Of a stretch of DNA of 64,000 bases, positions 58,371 through 64,000 are shown piece after piece. Both the position numbers and the translations under genes were made by a program. Below the pieces are notes generated by a model. It saw only the letters and a list, made by a program, of their open reading frames with translations. It was not told the DNA's origin and made no database searches. This DNA comes from an uncultured Nitrospinaceae bacterium (GTDB lineage: Bacteria > UBA8248): assembly GCA_964558115.1 (NCBI GenBank), contig CAZLCI010000001.1, positions 6,336-70,335 on the forward strand. Direction: 5' to 3'. Each line of letters starts with the position of its first letter. Position 1 is the stretch's first letter.

Positions 58371-59854
58371 TGGAATTTATTTTTCCTGTAATTTTATGGA
58401 AAAGCTTTCTTCCGATACCAATTTTAACTTTTGGTGCTGTGGTGGTATTGCTTTTCGATATTTTTGCCTCCGATAAAAGTAAAAAAGTTACGTTTTGGTT
58501 GTCTATTATAGTTTTGTTGGTCACATTAGCCTCATGTTTGCTTTCAAGTCCGGAAATTGCAGAGATTTCTTTCGGCGGAATGTATTTGTTTGATGGATTC
58601 ACAAGATCTCTTTTTTTAATAATTCTTTTCTCAAGTTTTATAGTTGTTTTAATGTCTTCAATAGAGAGGAAATTTGAAGAAAACTCATATGGGGATTTTA
58701 TAGGTCTAATACTTTTTGCAACACTAGGAATGATGCTTATGGTATCTACAAGAAATCTCGTGATGATTTTTATTGCTCTTGAGATTTTTTCACTTTCTCT
58801 TTATGTCCTAGCTGGTTTTTTCCGTTCTAGTTCTATTGGAAATGAAGCCTCCTTGAAATACTTTCTGTTAGGTTCCTTTGCCTCAGGATTTTTGCTTTTT
58901 GGAATAGCTCTTATTTACGGATCAACTGGGTCTACAGATCTATATGAAATTATTAGTTTATATGAACTTTCTTCCCAAAAAACTGTTTTCTTCTTGGGGC
59001 TAAGTCTTATTATTGTTGGTTTTGGATTTAAAATAGGAGCATTTCCATTTTATATGTGGACTCCGGATGTATATCAGGGTTCTCCTACTGTTGCTACTGC
59101 TTTTATGTCTGTAGGTCCAAAAGCAGCTGCATTTGCAGCGCTCTTTCGCGTTTTTATTGCTTTCTCGGGTTTTTCCGCAAGCAAAATAGAGACAACAATA
59201 TGGATAATTGCAGTATTGACAATGACTTTAGGAAATCTTGTAGCTATATGGCAGACAAATATAAAAAGAATGCTTGCCTATTCTAGCATTGCTCATGCTG
59301 GTTATTTGCTAATTGCATTAGTCACAATTAAGCAAGCTGGAACTTTATCCTCTGGTAGTTTCCTCTTTTATGTTTTTGTTTACACTTTTATGAATATAGG
59401 CGCATTTGTTGTGGTAATGCTTGCGAAAAAGGAAGATGGAAAAGAAAGAACGCTTATAGAGGAATTTTCTGGATTAGGTTTAAATCGACCGGGATTAGCA
59501 TTTTCAATGACAGTATTTATGATTGCATTGGCAGGGATTCCTCCAACAGGTGGGTTTGTTGCAAAATTTTATATTTTTAGTGCTGCTATCAAATCAGACT
59601 TTGTGTGGTTGGCTATTATTGCTGTTTTGAATAGTGTAGTTTCAGTTTTTTATTATTTAAGAATAATTGTTGTAATGTATATGAGTGACTCTTCCGAAGA
59701 TGTGAAAAAAGAACCATTCAGATTTGTATGGGGGTCTAGATTATCTTATGCTGTACTTGCATTAGTTATATGTGTAATAGGAACACTGGGTTTGGGCGTC
59801 TTTCCATCTTTCTTTGTGGAGTTTGCCATGAACTCAAATATTTCCTTGAATTGA
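58370..59854 (+). CDS. nuoN: NADH-quinone oxidoreductase subunit N
   Basis: 494 aa; antiporter-like, FYMWTPDVYQGSPT motif. Confidence 0.9.
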   Translation: MEFIFPVILWKSFLPIPILTFGAVVVLLFDIFASDKSKKVTFWLSIIVLLVTLASCLLSSPEIAEISFGGMYLFDGFTRSLFLIILFSSFIVVLMSSIERKFEENSYGDFIGLILFATLGMMLMVSTRNLVMIFIALEIFSLSLYVLAGFFRSSSIGNEASLKYFLLGSFASGFLLFGIALIYGSTGSTDLYEIISLYELSSQKTVFFLGLSLIIVGFGFKIGAFPFYMWTPDVYQGSPTVATAFMSVGPKAAAFAALFRVFIAFSGFSASKIETTIWIIAVLTMTLGNLVAIWQTNIKRMLAYSSIAHAGYLLIALVTIKQAGTLSSGSFLFYVFVYTFMNIGAFVVVMLAKKEDGKERTLIEEFSGLGLNRPGLAFSMTVFMIALAGIPPTGGFVAKFYIFSAAIKSDFVWLAIIAVLNSVVSVFYYLRIIVVMYMSDSSEDVKKEPFRFVWGSRLSYAVLALVICVIGTLGLGVFPSFFVEFAMNSNISLN

Positions 59855-59943
59855 TACCTTGGGCTTGGTTTAGAATCAATAGCATGGTATAAATTTTTTT
59901 AGATTTTAATTCTGAATTTTTTTACAATCGTTTTCTTATTCTT

Positions 59944-60354
59944 TTGGAAGATTTTGTTGTGCCAGAATTTCTAAGTGTATTTTTTAGAGATTATCAAGTT
60001 ATTAATGGTTATTTGCCTATTTTTATTTTTGTAGTGTTTGCGTTTGCATTCGCTGGCGTTACTCTGCTAATTGCTTTATTAATTAGACCTAATAATCCAG
60101 ATCCTGAGAAATTATCAGCATATGAATGTGGTTCTCCTCCATTAATGGAAGCGAATGAAAGGTTCTCTGTGCGCTTCTACTTATTAGGGATTTTGTTTTT
60201 GCTATTTGATGTAGAAGCTCTTTTTCTTTTCCCTTGGGCAGTTAAGTATGATGCTTTAGGTTTATTTGGTTTTGTAGAAATGATGTTATTCATTTTAGTT
60301 TTATTAGTAGGATATTTTTATGCTTGGAAAAAAGGAGCTCTGGAATGGGCGTAG
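59944..60354 (+). CDS. nuoA: NADH-quinone oxidoreductase subunit A, second copy (TTG start)
   Basis: 136 aa; YECGSPP...[12 protein letters not shown]; paralog of 45351. Confidence 0.85.
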   Translation: MEDFVVPEFLSVFFRDYQVINGYLPIFIFVVFAFAFAGVTLLIALLIRPNNPDPEKLSAYECGSPPLMEANERFSVRFYLLGILFLLFDVEALFLFPWAVKYDALGLFGFVEMMLFILVLLVGYFYAWKKGALEWA

Positions 60355-60821
60355 TAGAAGGAAAATTTAGCGATAATTTTATTACTTCCAAGGTAGATAG
60401 CCTTGTTGCTTGGGCAAGGAAAAGTGCTTTATGGCCCATGACATTTGGCCTCGCTTGTTGTGCGATCGAAATGATGGCTTCAGGTGCGGCAAGGTATGAT
60501 TTTGATAGATTCGGAGTAATTTTTCGTGCCACCCCGAGACAATCAGATGTAATTATTGTTGCTGGAACAGTCACTCACAAGATGGGAAGTGCAATTAGAA
60601 AAGTTTATGATCAGATGCCTGAGCCAAGATGGGTGATAGCTATGGGAAATTGCGCAACTTGTGGCGGACCATATCCAAATTATGCAGTAATGCAAGGAGT
60701 AGATGAAATAATTCCTGTTGATGTTTACATTCCTGGATGTCCTCCTAGACCCGAATCCCTTATGTGGGGAGTAATGCAACTACAGAAAAAAATTGAACAA
60801 GAGAAGTTTATTCGTAAATAA
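60324..60821 (+). CDS. nuoB: NADH-quinone oxidoreductase subunit B, second copy (likely true start ATG 60345, MGVVEGK)
   Basis: [23 protein letters not shown]. Confidence 0.85.
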   Translation: MEKRSSGMGVVEGKFSDNFITSKVDSLVAWARKSALWPMTFGLACCAIEMMASGAARYDFDRFGVIFRATPRQSDVIIVAGTVTHKMGSAIRKVYDQMPEPRWVIAMGNCATCGGPYPNYAVMQGVDEIIPVDVYIPGCPPRPESLMWGVMQLQKKIEQEKFIRK

Positions 60822-60851
60822 GATTCAGAAATTAACCTTTTAAGGAATGAG

Positions 60852-61445
60852 ATGACAGACGAGTCAGGTCAAGGTGAAAATTCAGAGGTAGATGAAGAAA
60901 CCTCAGATTTAAACCCAGAGGAAGATTCGAAAGAAGACGTTGGCAGGGATATCCTTGAATTTCTTGAGGGTAAATTTCCTGATTCTACTTTTGATGCTGA
61001 GGCATTTAGTAATTTTGAAGATGAGCTTTGCATTACTATAAAACCAGATTCTCTAGAAGAAGTTGCTCTCTTGCTTAGGGATGATGAAGTTTATAAGTTC
61101 ACTATGCTTGTTGATTTGACAGCCACGCATTATCCAGATGACGATCTTCCCCTTCAGGTACTTTACCAATTATATAGTTTCGAAAAGAATCGACGTGTAC
61201 GCCTAAAAGTAAAATTGCAAGAAGAACAATCTATACCAACAATATCCAATCTTTGGTCTAGTGCAAATTGGATGGAGCGGGAAGTTTTTGATCTTTTTGG
61301 AATTAATTTTTCTGGTCATCCTGACTTGAGAAGAATTTTGTTGCCTGATGATTGGGGAAGTCATCCAATGCTTAAAAGCTATCCTTTAGAAGGAAAGGGT
61401 GAAAGGGTATATGAGAAGCCTCAACGAAAGGAAATAGGAGAGTAA
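60852..61445 (+). CDS. nuoC: NADH-quinone oxidoreductase subunit C, second copy, with 30-aa acidic N-terminal extension
   Basis: 197 aa; EREVFDLFGINFSGHPDLRRI; N-term MTDESGQGENSEVDEETSDLNPEEDSKED. Confidence 0.8.
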   Translation: MTDESGQGENSEVDEETSDLNPEEDSKEDVGRDILEFLEGKFPDSTFDAEAFSNFEDELCITIKPDSLEEVALLLRDDEVYKFTMLVDLTATHYPDDDLPLQVLYQLYSFEKNRRVRLKVKLQEEQSIPTISNLWSSANWMEREVFDLFGINFSGHPDLRRILLPDDWGSHPMLKSYPLEGKGERVYEKPQRKEIGE

Positions 61446-61463
61446 TGATTAGGGGATTGAAAC

Positions 61464-62606
61464 TTGTATGAAATAGAAGAAACAAATTCAGAAATTCAAA
61501 CGAAGACTGTTACAGGAGCTGAAGAACTAGTAGTAAATATGGGACCCCAGCATCCTAGTACACATGGTGTACTTCGTGTCATTCTTCATCTAGATGGTGA
61601 AACAGTAACAGATCTTGATTGTGATATTGGGTACCTGCATAGAGGGACTGAAAAAATAGGTGAAAATATAACCTATTCGATGTTTATACCTTACACTGAT
61701 CGCTTGGATTATATTGCTGCTCCTTCTAATAATTTGGCATGGGTAACCGCAGTTGAAAAATTTTTCGATTGGGAAATTCCTATTAGAGCCAACTATATAC
61801 GTTCTATGGTTGGTGAATTTTCTCGTATTGCTAGTCATTTGTTATGGTTGGCTACTCATGCTCTTGATATTGGAGCAATGACAGTTTTTCTATGGTGCTT
61901 TAGAGAAAGGGAGATGGTACTTGATTTATTTGAAACAGCGTTTGGTGGTCGTTTGACGGTGAATGCATTTCGTTTAGGCGGATTAGAGCAAGATGTTCCA
62001 CCAAAGTTTTTGACATTAGCTCAAGAGTTTATAGATATTTTCCCTAGTCGAATTCAAGATTATGAAACTCTTTTGACTAATAATCGTATTTGGCTCCAAC
62101 GTACTCGTGGAGTAGGAGTTATTTCAGGTGAAGATGCAGTTGATTTTGGTTTGTCTGGTCCTCTCTTGAGGGCAAGTGGAGTAAATTACGATTTGCGAAG
62201 AGCTAAACCATATGCCGCCTATCCATACTTAGATTTTGTAGTGCCTACTGGTGAAAATGGAGATATATACGACAGGTATATAGTTAGGATTGAAGAATTA
62301 AGGCAAAGCGTGAAAATCATTCAGCAGTGTTTAGAGCAATTGCCTGATGGACCTGTAAGTTGTAAAACCCCTAGAACAATTAAGCCTCCCGAAGGTGAAA
62401 TATACCACAGTATAGAAAACCCTAAAGGAGAATTCGGATTCTATATAGTTAGCGATGGTTCAGAAACACCATATCGTGTGCGTATTAGACCCCCTTCATT
62501 TGTAAATTTAGCAGCTCTAAAAAAATTATGTGTTGGAGGTCTACTTGCAGATGTTGTTGCGGTTATTGGGAGTATAGATATCGTACTTGGGGAATGTGAC
62601 AGATAA
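61464..62606 (+). CDS. nuoD: NADH-quinone oxidoreductase subunit D, second copy
   Basis: 380 aa; LVVNMGPQHPSTHGVLR ... VLGECDR. Confidence 0.85.
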   Translation: MYEIEETNSEIQTKTVTGAEELVVNMGPQHPSTHGVLRVILHLDGETVTDLDCDIGYLHRGTEKIGENITYSMFIPYTDRLDYIAAPSNNLAWVTAVEKFFDWEIPIRANYIRSMVGEFSRIASHLLWLATHALDIGAMTVFLWCFREREMVLDLFETAFGGRLTVNAFRLGGLEQDVPPKFLTLAQEFIDIFPSRIQDYETLLTNNRIWLQRTRGVGVISGEDAVDFGLSGPLLRASGVNYDLRRAKPYAAYPYLDFVVPTGENGDIYDRYIVRIEELRQSVKIIQQCLEQLPDGPVSCKTPRTIKPPEGEIYHSIENPKGEFGFYIVSDGSETPYRVRIRPPSFVNLAALKKLCVGGLLADVVAVIGSIDIVLGECDR

Positions 62607-62627
62607 TTAGTCTGGGAGTTAATTTCA

Positions 62628-63599
62628 TTGGATATTGCAACAGAGGCATTAATAGCGTTTATTAAAATTGCAGTAGTACTTTTAGTTGTTTCTCTAGTGG
62701 TTGCTTATTTGACCTATCTGGAGAGAAAAATTATTGCTCATATACAAATGCGTTTAGGTCCAATGCGGGTAGGTTGGCACGGTCTTTTACAGCCTATTGC
62801 TGATGGTCTTAAGCTTTTCTTGAAAGAAGATATAATTCCTGCAAAATCAGATAAAATTGTTTTTGTCCTTGCTCCTATAATGGTTTTAGTTCCGGCGTTT
62901 GTAGTATATTCAGTTTTACCTTTTAGTGAAAATTTCTATATAACCCAAGTAAATATTGGATTGTTTTTGATACTGGCTATAAGTTCTCTAGGTGTATTTG
63001 GAGTTGTTATGGCTGGTTGGGCATCAAACAGTAAGTATAGTTTACTAGGTGCATTGAGAAGTGCTGCGCAAATGTTAAGTTACGAAATTTTTCTCGGATT
63101 TGCTCTAATCGGTCCTTTAATGCTTGCGGGTTCATTAAATATGCAAAAAATTGTTGAAGCACAGTCGGGAGGTTGGTTTGTATTCTCGCAACCGTTAGCT
63201 TTTATAGTTTTTTTCATTGCCGCTTTAGCGGAAACTAATCGTGTACCTTTTGATTTGCCCGAAGCTGAGACGGAACTGGTTTCCGGTTTTCATACAGAAT
63301 ATAGTGGAATGAAGTTCGCATTTTTCTTTCTAGCTGAGTATGCAAATATTATGGTTGTTTCAACTGTTGGAATTACGCTGTTTTTTGGGGGTTGGATGGG
63401 AATACCTGGAATTCCTTTGCCTGGTTTTGTATGGTTTGTGCTAAAGCTAGCCGCTATGATTTTTGTTTTTATTTGGCTTCGAGCTACATTGCCTAGATAT
63501 CGATATGATCAATTGATGCGTGTTGGTTGGAAATTTATGTTTCCTCTTGTTCTTATTAATATTTTTCTAACTGGCTTGATTAAGTATCTTTTCTTATAA
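62628..63599 (+). CDS. nuoH: NADH-quinone oxidoreductase subunit H, second copy
   Basis: 323 aa; [32 protein letters not shown]. Confidence 0.85.
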   Translation: MDIATEALIAFIKIAVVLLVVSLVVAYLTYLERKIIAHIQMRLGPMRVGWHGLLQPIADGLKLFLKEDIIPAKSDKIVFVLAPIMVLVPAFVVYSVLPFSENFYITQVNIGLFLILAISSLGVFGVVMAGWASNSKYSLLGALRSAAQMLSYEIFLGFALIGPLMLAGSLNMQKIVEAQSGGWFVFSQPLAFIVFFIAALAETNRVPFDLPEAETELVSGFHTEYSGMKFAFFFLAEYANIMVVSTVGITLFFGGWMGIPGIPLPGFVWFVLKLAAMIFVFIWLRATLPRYRYDQLMRVGWKFMFPLVLINIFLTGLIKYLFL

Positions 63600-63615
63600 G
63601 TTTTAGGAGCTACAT

Positions 63616-64000
63616 TTGGAACTACCATTTTTCTATCTTTTTTCTGCCGGTATAGTAATTACATCTTTGTTCATGATTACAAGGTCTAATGTAATTCATG
63701 CAGCTCTTCTATTAGTTTTGTCATTCTTCTTCTTGGCAGGGCTTTTTGTCTTAGCTGGAGCTGAATTTCTAGCGGCTGTTCAGGTTCTTATTTACTCTGG
63801 TGGTATTATGGTTTTGTACCTGTTCTCGATTATGTTAATGAATGTCCAGGTTGCAGTACGAATTCGTCAATGGCACAGACAACGATTTTTTGCGATTCTA
63901 ATTGTGTTAATTCTAGGTTTCGAAATCTGGTCTGTTCTTGGCAAGGGAGTTTTTCCTGCAATGAAAGTATGGCCTTGGAAATTGGGAGCAACCCCTGGAA
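63616..64000 (+). CDS. nuoJ: NADH-quinone oxidoreductase subunit J, second copy (5' partial; TTG start after AGGAG RBS; runs off window)
   Basis: Manual translation: (M)ELPFFYLFSAGIVITSLFMITRSNVIHAALLLVLSFFFLAGLFVLAGAEFLAAVQVLIYSGGIMVLYLFSIMLMNVQV...; directly follows nuoH2 with no nuoI between. Confidence 0.7.
   Translation, partial: MELPFFYLFSAGIVITSLFMITRSNVIHAALLLVLSFFFLAGLFVLAGAEFLAAVQVLIYSGGIMVLYLFSIMLMNVQVAVRIRQWHRQRFFAILIVLILGFEIWSVLGKGVFPAMKVWPWKLGATPG

Noticed and set aside
242-58602. Numerous 60-120-aa ORFs in the track lying antisense to or nested inside large conserved genes (for example 242..424, 1470..1688, 2280..2579, 4934..5259, 6947..7487, 12742..13097, 13528..13912, 14217..14727, 20124..20743, 23568..23829, 28007..28618, 35258..35476, 36879..37166, 37883..38227, 43349..43576, 49083..49307, 50878..51111, 53008..53379, 53604..53831, 54730..55182, 57408..58040, 58354..58602)
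   Set aside because: They are fully overlapped by longer ORFs with clear family signatures, have low-complexity or stop-codon-complement-driven composition, and lack RBS context. They were judged spurious.
1-64000. CRISPR arrays, IS elements, integrases, phage or defence-system genes
   Set aside because: No direct-repeat/spacer periodicity, no transposase/integrase/recombinase-like ORFs, no ATPase/nuclease pairs typical of defence islands. The window appears to be chromosomal metabolic backbone.

Overview
This 64 kb window is low-GC (about 35 %) chromosomal DNA from a Gram-negative bacterium that I could not place taxonomically. Coding density is high, with no rRNA, tRNA, CRISPR or obvious mobile elements.

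The first 45 kb is a mosaic of metabolic and housekeeping genes. These include a TPP enzyme, pncA, thrB, several CoA-transferases, quinone oxidoreductases, a futalosine-pathway (mqn) menaquinone cluster, crcB, a bioF-like gene, pgsA, rluB, panE and scpAB.

The last 19 kb is a complete 14-gene complex I operon (nuoA to nuoN). A second, partial nuo operon follows directly on the same strand (nuoA, B, C, D, H, then J running off the window). It lacks E, F, G and I.

The items I think most deserve a second look are:
- An unannotated AhpD/CMD-like gene on the minus strand (18062..18346) with an in-frame TGA at a CxxU motif, so a probable selenoprotein.
- A cobalt-type nitrile hydratase alpha subunit (VCTLCSCY) with a His-rich N-terminal extension. 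It is preceded only by the C-terminal domain of the beta subunit and sits in a neighbourhood with three PF04909 amidohydrolase-2 genes, a NifU-like protein and an MFS transporter.
- An MqnA (chorismate dehydratase) fused in frame to an amidase-signature enzyme inside the mqn cluster.

All calls rest on ORF structure and remembered family motifs. No database search was possible.
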